Of a DNA stretch of 64,000 bases, positions 9,831 to 24,294 are shown in pieces. Numbering within the stretch: position 1 is the stretch's first letter; each line of letters opens with the position of its first letter. A model generated the notes under the pieces. The model did no database searches, was not told where the DNA came from, and saw only the letters and a program-made list of their open reading frames with translations. Source of the stretch: Rhynchobatus australiae (Eukaryota); contig JAUZTB010000118.1 in assembly GCA_034780895.1 (NCBI GenBank), forward strand, positions 74,220,598 through 74,284,597, in the 5' to 3' direction. The position numbers and the translations under genes were made by a program.

Positions 9831-12800
9831 GGTGAGATTACAATGAATAAAGTCACAGCTGAGAGTAGTCAGATGCAATACCAGAAAATTGTAAACCCAT
9901 TATGATCCAATATCAGCACAACCTTTAGCTCTGCACTGCCATAGTTTTACATAAGCTTTAGAATATGCAAAGTAATCAAGCAATAATGCAATAATAGAAC
10001 TTTAAATGTTTTTATAAATAAACATTTTTATGGCAGCATTAATGGTAACTAGTTTGGAAGAGAAAATGTGGTTTAATTATGCACGAACACTGCAGTGCAA
10101 AAATTGGTTTATTAATAAATAAGATATACATTATTTGAAGATATGAAGGTTAAATGTTTGATTGAAGCTGAAAGAACTAATCTTAGATAAGAGTAGATAA
10201 GATGCTACAGTAAGGATTTGAAAGTGCGCCTGCTCTTGGGTAGGTGACTGGATTAGTCTCAGTTCTGATCCCTCCCTGGTGAAATAACATGCCAATTCCT
10301 GATAAGATTTGTTACCAAAGAACAACTAGCACAATTGAATCTTGTTGGTTGATGTATCTAATAGAGTCAATGTATTTCTGTACAGGGCAAAGAGAAAAGA
10401 CAACCTATACTTTAGCAGCAGTACGCTAAATTTTCTTTAATTGGTTCTGTCTGATATGTCTATCTAAACTGGAGTTCTGTGTAAAAAGCTGCAAATTTCA
10501 CAGAAACCTGTGCATTATATATGTAAGGTTTAACCATAAAGACAACATTTTGTGGTTTTGGCAAAAACACAACATCCAAATCACTGTGAAGAAAACAACT
10601 GTCAAAGGTAGGTTTAAATTGTTTGCAGGTTACTGGCGAAACAGGAAATTTCTCAATTGATGCCATTCACAATAAAGATGTCAGGCAATGTTAGTTACAC
10701 TGGTAGCTGTTAATAAAAAATAGACCTTGAGAATTGGAAGGAGGAAATGAAAGGCGGGGGAAGGGATTTGTAACAGGTTGGTTAAATTCTGCTAGCNNNN
10801 NNNNNNNNNNNNNNNNNNNNNNNNNNNNNNNNNNNNNNNNNNNNNNNNNNNNNTGCATGTTGTTATAATAATGATGATCACTTTTATCATTGCATCTCCT
10901 TGGGTCAAGAAAACCAAATAATGAGAGCTGTGCTATGCACTAACTGCAGAATGCATTAAGCTTGCCTAAATAAGTAACTACAAATCAGAAGCATGACTTG
11001 TTTTTGTAGATTTAGTTGTTTCACTGTGATGGGTGGCTTAGAAAAGTCATTACAGAATTAAGAATGGGAATGATGCTTTGAAAGAAATGACATTGCTGCC
11101 TCCAATCAGGAACAGTTGTTATTTCTTTAAATATTAGCATTTGCCTCATGGTACCTTTCAGCACAATTTGATTTCTAACGTTTCCATTCATCTTCCAACC
11201 TCCCATATGAGTGGGGGGAGGGGAGGAGGAGCTCCAGATTATACCAAAAATGGAAGTTGGCATTGACCTAACACTGGATAGTAAAAGCTGCCTGTCATCT
11301 GAAACCAGCAGGTGGTTTGGCCATTCAGCCACTCAAATACCTGTTGAAACAAACTGATATTGAGCCCATTGAGTNNNNNNNNNNNNNNNNNNNNNNNNNN
11401 NNNNNNNNNNNNNNNNNNNNNNNNNNNNNNNNNNNNNNNNNNNNNNNNNNNNNNNNNNNNNNNNNNNNNNNNNNNNNNNNNNNNNNNNNNNNNNNNNNNN
11501 NNNNNNNNNNNNNNNNNNNNNNNNNNNNNNNNNNNNNNNNNNNNNNNNNNNNNNNNNNNNNNNNNNNNNNNNNNNNNNNNNNNGTTCTGACTTTTTATTT
11601 AATATATTTTGCCTCTCTGTCTAAGCACAATAATCAGTTTGTAACATTCGGTTGGCTATGATCTACCTGTTGATTAGTCCATTCAGAAAATCTGGAGTCC
11701 AGATTTTTTGTCTTGGGATATTTCTGTAACTGTGCTAACTTGTTCAGAATGGATAAGTTTGCACTACTCAAGTCCAATCTTAGTCGTCACCACCTAATAC
11801 TACAAACAGGTATCCTTAAAATGATTCTGTTATACAAGTACACATTGCCTGATCTCAGAAAATATGTTAGATCCAAACACTGGTTAGATTGAAGCAAATG
11901 CATCAAGAAAATTGTTGCAACCTCTGAAATGTGGCAATTATAGAGTTAAATGATTGTCATGGCATATAGGAGAGAAATCACCCTGCTCCTGCACGTATCT
12001 ATCAATTGCAGAGTAATACAAAAGTTAATATAAAAGTTATTAATTCAGTCTGTGCACAAATCTACGTTTATTGGAATGATATCTTGACACTGGGTATTAG
12101 GTGTTAGTGCTGATCAAAACTTTGATTGGTAATCTGTCTGATTTGAATGCTCTCAGAAAAATTCAAACATTTGATTAAGATACAGATATGTCCCATAATC
12201 AATTTGATAGCAGTCCCCTGCAAGTAAACTAGGACAGTTAGCCTTTTTGATCTATTGTTCACTTAAACCATACCACCCTGATTGGGGCCAAACGTTTGTA
12301 TATGTCCATGTTCTCCAAGTTTCCAGTGTTGGTGCCTGAAATATGGCAAGGCCTTCATCCTTTTTGCAATCAGAAATGTCCTGGAAATGATGAATAATTT
12401 CAATGGCTGTTCAGTCTTGACTAAGGCTGGGATTAGAAGCAATCCCTACTATTCTGTCCTTTAATAACATTAATGTTCATGGTGTGCAGTGATCATTTTC
12501 TATAAAAAGTCTTAACCAACCATTGTGCATGTGCTTTGTTTATATTGTGTGGAGTGTCACAATTGAAAATTAAGTTATTTGGATTTTTGAGAGGCAAGCC
12601 TTAGAACCAATTGAATTTTAAAGAAATCATCACTTCTATCCTTCATTCCTAGTAACCACCTGAGATCCATAGAGCCTGTAATTCTCCTGCCAGTGGATAG
12701 CTCATCACAAATTGGCAAAATGTAGAATCTGTCCAACTGTCACCAGTTTAAAGAGATAAGAAACAATGAAGTGATTGTTTGATGTTTTCTTTACCTTTGT

Positions 12801-14059
12801 ACTCAAGATGATAATGTCTACACTTTCTGCCAAAGCCACTATATTTTGTTTACAAAATTCTGCTTTCTGTTGTAACCATCTTCATGTGGATTCTGGGAGA
12901 ACTTTCCTTTGTGCTGTAGTGGTGGTGAAATTATAATGTCTTCTTTGTAAATGCTTTTGATTATTCTACAGAGATGCATAGAGAATCCATCTCCTGATCA
13001 AAATACTGGTTGCATTATGCTCATGTACTGAAAGCAATGTGGCTCAGCATAAACAGATCCTTATTTAAAAATCTTTTCTTTCCTAACATGAGAATATTAT
13101 CTCCTTGATGGAATATTGTGTAGGTCAATCTCAAATGCTTTATACCAGGTGTTCTACCTTTTATGTGTTAAGTTTTATTGTTGCCAACAAGCTGCTAAAC
13201 TACATTGGCAGTGTAGTAAATCCAACCCTGTCCACTTCTCATTGTAGTGAACTTCTTAACAGTTATTGCATTGTTTTATATAACCAGATGACTGGTTCAA
13301 AGAAGCATAGAAACCAACTATTGCATCTTATCATCCTGCTGGCTGGGGTCAGCTGAGTCACCAAGATCAGATGTTGAAGCTGGGTCTACATGATCCATAC
13401 AGTTAAGTTACTCACTGGACAATCTGTGGATTAAAGTGGCCACATTTACAATGACTATTATAATAGCTATTTTTAGTCTGAAGATTTTTTATGTGTCCAT
13501 TCTAAAATACCTTTTAGGATTCTAGTTAGATGCAATAGTCATGTAAACAAATAATGAGCAAAGTATAATCTGGGATTTTCATTGTTTAATTATTTATTAT
13601 CCTTTGCATAAAAGCATGGTTATGATGTAAAACGGTGTGTCTAGGAAGCCAAATGTATACAGGATAAGAACAAAATACATTGATTGCTTTCAGGTTTTCT
13701 TTTTAATGTGCCGTGTTTGAATTGCATTTCCAGGAATTAATCCTGATCAAACACTGGTCACCAGCAATTCACACTAACAGCAAATTCAGAGTTACCACCT
13801 AATGCCAGGCTCCCATGATCCAAATTATAAACAAGGCCAACATCAAAGCGTGTGTGTTGTCAGTATTTTCTATGCCGCACAAATAAAAAACAGAAATCAT
13901 TTGGCAGGATGCCTTGCCATTACCGTCAGCATCAATTCTGTAACAGCAAAGAGTCAGTGGTTCTGGTAGATCAAGAGTACCACTTAAAGGGTTGGTTATT
14001 GTATGCAGCAGTAGATTTGTGTTGCCTCTGGCTCCAATTGTTCTTTCATCCTCCCAGCC

Positions 14060-17000
14060 GGTCCCTTGGATCGTGGTTCTGTGCCCTTTTCTATCCTACT
14101 GTAGGTTGGTACTGTAGGCATGTCCCACTTACAAGTGCAAGGCAAGAGTACAACCTCCATAATCCTGGCGGGGACGGTGGAAGGCAGGGTATCCGGCCCA
14201 CAGTTTTGGCCACCAGTAATTTGCTTTTAAGGTGGAACGAGGCCCAACTTTATCAAAACAACATTTGCCATTGAGTTACGTAAGGAAATTGCACATGCGG
14301 GAATCTGGGGCAACCCACGATCTGCTGGTGGGACTCGNNNNNNNNNNNNNNNNNNNNNNNNNNNNNNNNNNNNNNNNNNNNNNNNNNNNNNNNNNNNNNN
14401 NNNNNNNNNNNNNNNNNNNNNNNNNNNNNNNNNNNNNNNNNNTGGGGCATCTCTCAGACACCTTGCTCCAGGAAGGAGGGCTGGAGGCGCATCTCATAAA
14501 AGAGAAGCGCTGTGTATTCCAAACCTTGGGATCTTGTACCGCCGTGCGTGGAGGCGAGAAAGGCGTGGTTGTTGGCTTCTGGAAGCTATTCCAACATCGA
14601 GGCATTGCTGGCCGGAACAACCTACATGCGGTTTAAAGTTGTAACCAGTGATTTGGAACGGATGCCTGTGTGAATGGACGAACCACACAGCCACCCGCCC
14701 CTGGCTGCAATGCCGCAAACAGAAGCGATTCTGTAGTACCGCGGAGAGGTGTTTTTGAGTTGCAGGAGTTTGGGAGGGTGGAGGGGAGGAATTAGTGCCC
14801 ATCGCAGCCTCCAGGCGTTCGAAGCACCCCCTCAGTGTTATGAACTTTGAATCTGCCCAATTAGAACTGCGAGCACAATTAGAATTGGTTTGGGATTTGA
14901 CTTTGAATTACCTTCCGCTCCACAGGCCTGAAGGGCGGATACAAATTACAGCGGGTAATAAGCATCTTCCTAACGCTAATAAAGCTCTTACTCCACCTTT
15001 ATCAGAAAAAAAAACTTCACTGAAGCCCAGTTTCCCTCAAGGCGCCCGTGTGCTGAGCAGGATTTTTAAAAAAAAAATCTTTTTCATGTGTTATTGGATG
15101 ATTGTTTACAAACCAAGGGACATGTTTCAGTTGTGGTTCATCAGCTGCGAGTTGCCACAGTGCTGGGCGGACTGTGAGTGACAATGGCGAGGGGAGGGAG
15201 CAGCTCCCTGGGAACAGGGCGCTCCGTCGGGGCGGTGAACGTGCTTGGTTCACAGCGCCGGCCGCTGCCTCTTGCTTTGTTCGCTGCTTTCCTGGGAAGC
15301 TTCTTTTCTTTCCCGAACGTGAATAATCACGGAAGTCCCAATCCTCCCCAGAATGAAAACAGGCCGCAGTTAGGATCGCTCATTCAATATTAAGAAAGGA
15401 GGGGGATATGGAAAACAAAGGAGTGTGTTTTGGGATCTGCTTGTCATCAGAAACGAGGACGAGCCTTAAACCTGTTTGCATGTTGTTGTTTTTTGCACAA
15501 TAAGAACGGCAAGGTAAATCACTAGGTGCCGTGAAGCACAGCATCCTCGTTCATTGATGAAGTACCGGGAGGGAGGATGCGCCCCGCTCGCTGCAGCTTC
15601 ACTACATCCCACCGAACCCTTGCGCTGCCCCCAGAAAACCTCCCCGCTTCAACAGAAATCGCGGTTGCCACCACGGTGCCACCAGTTAAACCAACCTAAA
15701 CTGTGTCTCTTTTTTTTAGCTTTGCAAGTACCATTCATTTGAATTTGAATCGGTCGAACTGCAATGGACAGGATAANNNNNGCGTGGGGATGACAACTGA
15801 ACTCTCTGTGTCTTTTTAAACCATCCCATGTTTATCAAAGATCTTCCTGGCCTAATTTTGTCAGCCTTTATCCCAAGTTGTTCAAAGCTGATTGATAAAC
15901 AGTTTGCAATTATAAATCCTACAATGCCCATTGGAACACCCTTTTAACTTGAGAGACTGATTAGAAATCGACCCGTACCCTTGGGAGATGTGGACAGAAC
16001 TGGGATAAATCAATCAGGAGCCTCAGCTACATCATTGCCACCAATCCCAAATTAACGTGCACGCAGTGATCTTGTGAGGGCAGGTGGCGTGATTAAATGC
16101 ACTTGTCTCCAACTTTCTTTTGTGAAAATAAATTGGTGCAGGTAGATTCCGAGTTTCAGTGGCCTAGGCAGTCTGGCAAGTGTAAGATAAGTAAGTTTCT
16201 ATGTTTCTCGCACCCGGCAGTTTGATTACCACACGTCGGGTAGAGGAAGACAAATGTAAAAAAATACATATGTGCCAACGCTCTCTGCCGCTGGGGAAAT
16301 GCAGAGGAGAACGACCTTCTGAATCAACTTCCTGCGGCTGGTGTTCATTCAAAATTTACTGTAGATTAAGGCGTGTACAAAATCGGTGTGGCTTGGGATA
16401 AATTCAGGATTAAAGGCTTGGCTGCTTTCTGCGTATGCAGTACATGTCGAACCGTTTAATCACAAGTAGAACGATTGCTCGCAGTGCCACTGATTTGGAA
16501 CTCTGTTAGATCATTGAAGCAACTCTGGAAGAAGCAAATAAATTGCAGTTTGGCAGTATTCGTTATCTCTGCATATTCAACTTTTCGTTATTGATTTCTC
16601 GATTTGGAAAGGGATTTGGATGTACAGTATTTTTGCAAGGTGAATGCATTGCAATAAGTAGCGACCCTCCAGAGAGAACGCGCAGACTTTTTAATGTTTG
16701 TGTGCTTTTGCAATTTCATTGGAACCCCAATTACTCGTTTGTAACAAGTAGTGTCAACTGAACGACGACTAGTCGCCCCGATCGATTACAAGAACAATAG
16801 CAAGCATCTAAGAGGCAGTACCGCCATCAATCACATTAATTTCTCGTGTGTCGTTAGTTATTACTCCTGCCTGATAACTGCGCATTTTGTAACTTTAAGG
16901 ACGTCACCTAATGTGGCAGACCAGGAGAGTAAAGGATAAAGCAGCATGCTGGTAGTTGGTATAAAATCCATCTGCTGGAGCTCCTCCCCTACCTGTGAGA

Positions 17001-17100
17001 GGCGACGAAATGAGCTGAGGCTATAATTCTGAGGCGCCTGTTATTAGTGACCTAGAAACTCGTTCATGTGTAAGCTCTACCTGACTATAGCACGACACCT
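14060..17100. promoter_or_regulatory. Second CpG-rich, repeat-poor block in intron 1 (candidate enhancer cluster or alternative promoter)
   Basis: Elevated CpG (e.g. gggcgctccgtcggggcggtg, cagcgccggccgctg) and clustered TF motifs, with no recognisable coding or repeat signal. Confidence 0.5.
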
Positions 17101-17389
17101 AGTGTAATCACTGGATGGCAAGAAATGAAGCTTATTCAAATATTGCTTCTGTTCAATATTTAAAATAATTCTATCAATTAAATGTTAGTTCCTGTATGTT
17201 CATTTGTCCTTTTTTTTTCTTCCTTATCCCAGGATTGATAGATCAGATGCTGGAAATATCACTTAGACCCACTGTCAAGAAAGATTGTGCCCTCTTACCC
17301 GTTCACTTTGAAGCATGTGATTGATTAAGCAGCACTTATTGCTCAAAGGTATTCACAACCAAAGAGCTATTTATTGAAAGGTGGTTGAA

Positions 17390-17575
17390 TGATGCAGCCA
17401 ACAGGAATGAGATAATAACCAATTGATTTTTTTTTCTGATCACCCCATCTTTGGAATGATGCCATAGGATCTTTTGAGTCCACCTGAACAGGCAGATGGA
17501 GCTGAGTTTTTAACATTGCAGTGTTCATCCTTCAGATGCAACAGGCCCTGGTTGCTGTGCTGGTAGTACTGTCAG
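17390..17575 (-). mobile_element. DeuSINE-like fragment
   Basis: aatgagataataacca...tgccataggatcttttgagtccacctgaacaggcagatgg resembles the same Deu-domain core as 9488-9830. Confidence 0.55.
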
Positions 17576-20500
17576 GTATTGAGTGGGATTTCCCTGAGAG
17601 CACAGGAGAATAAATGGACTACGTGAGCCAGTTAGGGATAAGAATAATGCTAAAGTCCTATAATTGAAGTGAACGTCAGTTAAGGTTCCCATTGCCAACC
17701 AGAATGTAATGACTCCTGTTGAAAGTACTTAGTACGGGTAAATTTGAGTTCAGTCAAATTAATGTAATATTAAATTCTGCAACCCATTTACAAACACACA
17801 ATGAGGCGTCATTCAAAACTAAATGCATCATTTGTCTAAGAGAAATGTATGCATGGCTGTTTTGGCTTTATTGACTTCCCCAATTGAAAACTGTCCAAAC
17901 ACTTGTATTATTTTGATCATTTGAAGCAATATTCATTTGTCTCAAACTGATGGCACAGGCTTTATAGAATTATATGAAACTTAACTGAGAAAATTTAAAA
18001 GGATGCTTGTATCTTCAAGCCTTAATATGTTGGTTTGCTATTTCTGTGTTTATGAGCTATCCAGAAGACCTCAGATGTGTGTCCCAAGTAGCCTTACAGC
18101 AAGCACTAACGGACTTTTTCTGCTATAGCATTTGTGAATGCAAATAGTTTTGGTAGCCAGCTCCATTCACTAAATAGTGTTGTGGTTATAAAGTGGATCA
18201 GTTACAATGCTTGTTCTCTTGCCAGAGTGTGAAATAAAAAGTTAGTCAGTATTTTATTACACTTTCAGTAACAGTACGTTGGCACACTCTTACTCTCTCA
18301 CTCTACCATGAGATCATCACAAACTTCGATTGGGTACTGTCCATGGAAGTTGCACAGCTTCATCATTTTGAATAAGTTCCCGTCACAGAGGTTTGCGTGA
18401 TTTGAAGCCATGGATGAGAAGGACAAGAGGGCTTATGTTCTTTGTGCCTTCAGGACTGGAAGTACATGGAAAATTTACAACCATAATGGGGCTTGTAGAC
18501 TGGCCCAAGCTGTTAACTGCTGTTGATGTTTGGTAACAGTGTTGTTGGAAGCCTGCCTGTTGTTCTGGTAATGGCTTGAGGGACATATTTCTAACTAGAG
18601 AATCATGTAAAGGGCTGCTGTCATACTGCCTGCGACACTGCATTCAACAGCTGTATTTCTAAAGTTATTAACTGTGTAGATACACAAGCCTAATAATGAG
18701 AATGAAGCCTTGAAAAAAGATTAATTTTTTCCCATTTATATTACTTTGAAAGGTCAAAGTCAGACATGATTGACATACGTTATAATTGAGAACGATTGGT
18801 TGATTCGGATATAGTGCAGTTCATTTTTTTTAAGCTTGATTTTGCTTGAGTATATTCTTATTAACTATGCTNNNNNNNNNNNNNNNNNNNNNNNNNNNNN
18901 NNNNNNNNNNNNNNNNNNNNNNNNNNNNNNNNNNNNNNNNNNNNNNNNNNNNNNNNNNNNNNNNNNNNNNNNNNNNNNNNNNNNNNNNNNNNNNNNNNNN
19001 NNNNNNNNNNNNNNNNNNNNNNNNNNNNNNNNNNNNNNNNNNNNNNNNNNNNNNNNNNNNNNNNNNNNNNNNNNNNNNNNNNNNNNNNNNNNNNNNNNNC
19101 AAAAGTAACAATATAATATGACATATTAAATGGATTTTAAATGTCAGTTGACAGGTTTTAATTAGAGAAAATTGCTGCTGGAGGTTGTCAACTTGCGTCC
19201 TTATTGAAAACCGAATTGGAGTATTGATTTGGCCAAAATGTTAATGTCACTTACATTCCAACAAACTTTCTGGTATCAAAATTCTGACCTGTAAAATTGA
19301 TACTACGTTGATATTTTTACTGCTTATGTTTGGATTCAAAACACATTTTTCAATTTGCGCTCTTTCAGGGAAGAGTAGCTTGGTCCAAGCAATATGCCAT
19401 TTTCTATTATAACCACAACAAGCAAACTGGAATAACAGGTAATCTTTGTGTCTAACCCATAGCCTTGTGGTTGAGGAAAGAGCACTTTGCCACAAAAAAC
19501 TGTCAGAACTTTTTTTTTCTCTTGAAAATGTGTATCCCAAACTTAGTGCACAACAAATACATGGTTTTGTGTTAAATAGGTTCACCTCTTTTAAGATAGA
19601 AAGAAAAACCTGTAACAACCAGAAGCAAAACCTATGGATTAGAGAAACCAATCCAATGGAACAATATTAATCTATAAGCAACAAAAAATTATAAATATCC
19701 AGCAGGATAAACAGCACCTGCTGGGAAACAAAAGTCAGTTGGTTAATGTTTGTAATTCAAGAGCTTTCCTTTAGGGAATTTTGGACATAAGCTAAGAAAA
19801 ACTGGCCCTGGTTCTCCAATAATGTATCCTAACTCTGAACATGTCAACATTTTCTGCTTTATTTTCTCTATTTTAATAAGACATTAGTATTTCAATATTT
19901 GATTTAAGAAATTCAGCATCTGCATTATTTGATTTCCTTGATGAAACTCTGGTAAGTTATCAAGGATCCAAAATGTTATTTGTCAATCTGTTCTTGAGAA
20001 GAAGGTAGTAATATTCAGTTCCAAAAGTGACATAAAAGAAAGTATTTTGATAATTTTCATTATCGCAGAACATCCTAATCTGCTTTACTACCAATTAAGT
20101 ACTTTTAGGATGTAGTCACTGTTGTCATGTAGGAAATGGCAAGGATTCTCTATACTTGGCTGTTTATGGAAACTGTGAGATAGGAACAGTATTAATTTCG
20201 GTTTCTGAGCTGAAATGTAAATTCAAGATTTCCAGAATCAACAAATACTTGCTGTTTATCCTTTAATCTATTTGACGTGGAGAGTGTTAACATAAATGAT
20301 TTATTTCAATCATTATTTTCTGATTCTATTGCATAGTTAGCGCATACAATTGCTATATAATATTTAATTTGGTTGAAGCTGACACCAAGTAATTTGCAGA
20401 GATGGTCAAAAGTAATGATCAAATTAGTCACCTTTGGATAGATTTGTATGGAGTCTTTCAAACAAAAAAACTGATTTTTCTGTAATTGTGTGCCTGTTCC

Positions 20501-22330
20501 ATAATTGTTACAATGGATTTGAATTAAATGCATAACACTCAAACCAGATCTTTAAACAATCATTTTATCCCCAAGGCTGCTTGATTGTCCTCCATGTGAA
20601 AAATGATATAATAGAATTAATTATGAGAAAGCACTTCTGCTCAGGGGTATATATGGCTGGATCAGAATTTTTATACAATGACTGAGAGCAAGAGGTGGTT
20701 TGATCCACTGTGATTCTGTGCATGGATCTGATGCATGTTTATGTGAAATTATTGAGTTACGTTTTCCTGGTGCACTGCAGTTTCATGGAGTTCATTGTGA
20801 TAATACTGAGTGTATGAGGGCAGGACAGAAGATCAGATCAGAAGGAATTCTTGTGTTCCATGGGTGGCATTATTCCACTTCTCAGTATACTAGAAACCAG
20901 GTCATTTGCAATTATGTTAATCAATTGCAGACGGTCCAGAAATGCCATGTTTCAGTAATGAGGACATAATGTCAGCACTGTTTCCGACAGACTGCTGCGG
21001 TTTTTATTGTGCATGCACAGTGAAGTGTGTTGGCATATCCCTAATTCAGTCTGGAAAACAATGTTTTAGGAATGCAACACTTCCCTTATCCAACACATTG
21101 GATTAGAGGGATATGATGGATTTTGGACAGCATTGTGGTAAAGCTAGTGTTGTTGAGGTTATTTAAGTTTGTGCTTTTTTTTCCCCCACAGTTAATATAT
21201 ATTGGCTATTCTAGTCTTGAACATTGAAGTGTTATAACAGTATAGGAGCAGGAACATGTGGATCTCTGTTAGGCTATTCAATAGTGTAAACCAGCAAAGG
21301 TTCCAGGAACCAGGGTCTTTGAGGATCTAGTGCACCATCTTTGCCAATTTCTTTGGAAGGCTCACACAGTAAGCTTGCTCTCAGGCTCTTTGTATTAACA
21401 GTAAAGGCCAATGACCTTGCGAGGCTGACTAACCACTCAAAGTAGCAAAGCAGAATGAAAATGTATTCAAGTTGCTTTCCTCAAATGGTATGTAACAAAA
21501 AATGGTGGGCAGTGAAGAGAGAGAGGTTTTACAACATGCCATTCTTGTGCTGGCTTTGGTCCTTGCACACAGATCCAAAGGTGTAAAAGCAGCATAATCC
21601 TGTTAAATGACTAAAGCAGAATTGAATTAATTTCCAAATGTATTTTAACTTCCCTTATTTGGAATTGCTGTACCTTGTTCATTCTCATCATTGACTTAAG
21701 TTATATTGATGCTCTTAATGTTATTTAAAAATTAATCAAAGAATTCTAATAAAATGGCAAAGCATCCTTCCTTTTTTTTAGGAGACTTTCTTCAAGAAAG
21801 GGGCCTAGGAATTTTTGTCTTACAAACAAAAAAATGAATAACCTTGCAGTGCTTCAGTTGCATGTGATGTTGTCATGTTCATTTCACTCTCCAAATAAAC
21901 ATATTGCTTCAGGTATTTAGTTGAAAACAATGCCCCTTTTGAAATGTTATTAGCTCTTATTCTCCCTGGATCATAGAAAGAAAATAGAGCACAGTATGTG
22001 AGAAGCCATGTGTTCAGTTTTAGCTTTGCTAGTGTTAATAGTATAACTGTGGAACTGCACTTTCCTGACCCTTTCCAAAATCCATTTTATTTTAATAATA
22101 GAGAAAATGTTGGGCAGGCAGCATCTGTGAGGAGAGAACAGAGGTAAGGTTTCAGGTTGGTGACTAAGTGTTTTTTTTTTCTGTTGCTCTCTTTATAGAT
22201 GCGGAATATTTCCATTTTGTTTTATTTCAGATTTCCTGCATTTGCAATCATTTTAATGCTTCTTTTCAAATACCAATTCAGTCCCCTGTGAATTAATGAT
22301 GTAATCTCTGTCTCAATAGCCATTCTTAAT

Positions 22331-22905
22331 GACATAAGAACTAAGAGCAGGAGCAGGCTGTCTGGTCTTTCAAGCCTGCTCCCACATTCAACAAGATCGT
22401 GGCTGAACTTCCACTTTAGCACCACTTTCTATCCTTTTTCACTTGATTACTTTAATATCCAGAAATTCATTGAGCTTTGTTTCAGATGCAATAAATGATT
22501 GAGTTTCTTCAGTCCTGTGGGGTAGAAAATTCCAAAGATTCACCACCTCTGAATGAAGTAACTTCTCTCATCTCAATCCTAAATGGTTTATTCCTTATTC
22601 CAAGACAATGGCCATGGTTCTAGACTTCTCAGCCAGATGAGATATCCTCCTTGCATCCAGCTAGTCAAACCGTAAGNNNNNNNNNNNNNNNNNNNNNNNN
22701 NNNNNNNNNNNNNNNNNNNNNNNNNNNNNNNNNNNNNNNNNNNNNNNNNNNNNCCTCATATGATAAACCTGCCAACACCGGAACCAGTCAAGTGGATCTT
22801 TGCTGTACTCCCTCTCTAGCAGTTTATGCTTTTTCAGAAAAGGAGTTCCAAACTAAATACAACGGCCTAGTTACAGTGTCACCAAGGCCCTATATGCAGT
22901 GCAAC
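22331..22905 (-). mobile_element. CR1 LINE 3' end (with internal N gap)
   Basis: cataagaactaagagcaggagcaggc...agcctgctcc...caagatcgtggctga tail, plus aattccaaagattcaccacctctg (reverse of the QRVVNLWN motif). Confidence 0.75.
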
Positions 22906-23779
22906 TTTGAAAGAAGACAAGCATTGGGGGACACTGATATTCAAGTTGTAAACTACTGTGTTATAAGTGAAGTTGACTTCATTTTGCAGCTTCTTTCTTC
23001 AAAAGGCTGCACCCTAGTTGCATTCCCAGGATATGGCTCAATATCTCAGTGCCCTCACAAAACTACCTCACCAATGCTCAAGTACTTACTCACACATGCA
23101 CAGTTTTCCTTTACATCCACCTCCATTCTCTCCACTCAAATCTCCATTGCTGCACCTAACAGCCATAGTTTGTAGAACAGGTCCTAGCACTGGATTGCCA
23201 ATCCTTTTCCAAAATCGACTGCTCCATCCTTGGTTACTGCTCTTCTCAGAGTGACTTCACAAATGTAGGTTGTTACATTCTGCTGGGAATATTGCTGCCT
23301 CGCTGTGACCCTGAAATAATTGGGGTGCCGGTAATCAGAGGCATCACATATTAGAGCTATAACATTCAATATAAGTATACATGGCAGGAGAGAGAAGCAC
23401 ACACACAGTCTCCCTAGGGAATAAGTCTGTAGGCATTAACTGGGGTGCATTTCAACACACTGTGACTCAGTCATTCTCACTGGGATACGAGTCCCACAGG
23501 CACTGAATCTCATGACTCCAAATTTGCATTTATTAATCTATTTGACACAGTTTTGCCCAATCATTTAATCCAATAATTTCTCTTTGTAAGTCTAATATAA
23601 TTTAATGATGCTAGAGACCTAACAGCATAATGTACCCACATATAGCAGATGGCAGACTAAAATAAAACATATCCAACACGGGGACATTATGATACCCACA
23701 GTATCTCCAAAACAATGATATAATGAGACATATTATATCAAGGTTGCATTGTATTCCTAATGGACTGTTTTATTCCTGT

Positions 23780-24062
23780 ACTCAGATTCCAACAAAAATG
23801 AACATACCATTGGCCCTCCTCGCTGCTTGCTGTAGTTGATTGATAGCTTTCAAGAATATGCAGTTCCCTTGAGCACCAACATTTCCTAATCTATGGCCAC
23901 TTAAAAAAAAATCTGCTTCTCTGTCTTGTGCATCAGAGTGGATGACTTCATATTTTTCCACGTTATATTTCAACTGCTTTGTTACTGCATATTGACCTTG
24001 TTGGTTCATGTCCTCTTGATGTCTCTTTACATCCTCTTCATTAATCACAATCCCACCTAGTT
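23780..24062 (-). mobile_element. CR1 LINE RT fragment
   Basis: Minus-strand translation has YNVEKYEVIH...QQAARRANGM, a degenerate version of CR1 FNVDKCEVIHFG...QQAVKKANGML. Confidence 0.7.
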
Positions 24063-24294
24063 GTGATAAAGCGTTCTGAGTTCTAATAGGGGGGTTTTAA
24101 TTCTCGCCTCTCTATTCATTCTTCTTTAAATGCTGAGCCTATGTCACCTTGCTACAAATTTTCTAATAACCATTTAAAATCATTGTTCCAGTGAACTTCA
24201 CAAATTTTCTTCATAACTAAAATGTCACATCCCTGATGTAATTCTACTGAATCTTCGCTGTCTTAACTTGAATGGACAAGTGTAACCTATACGA

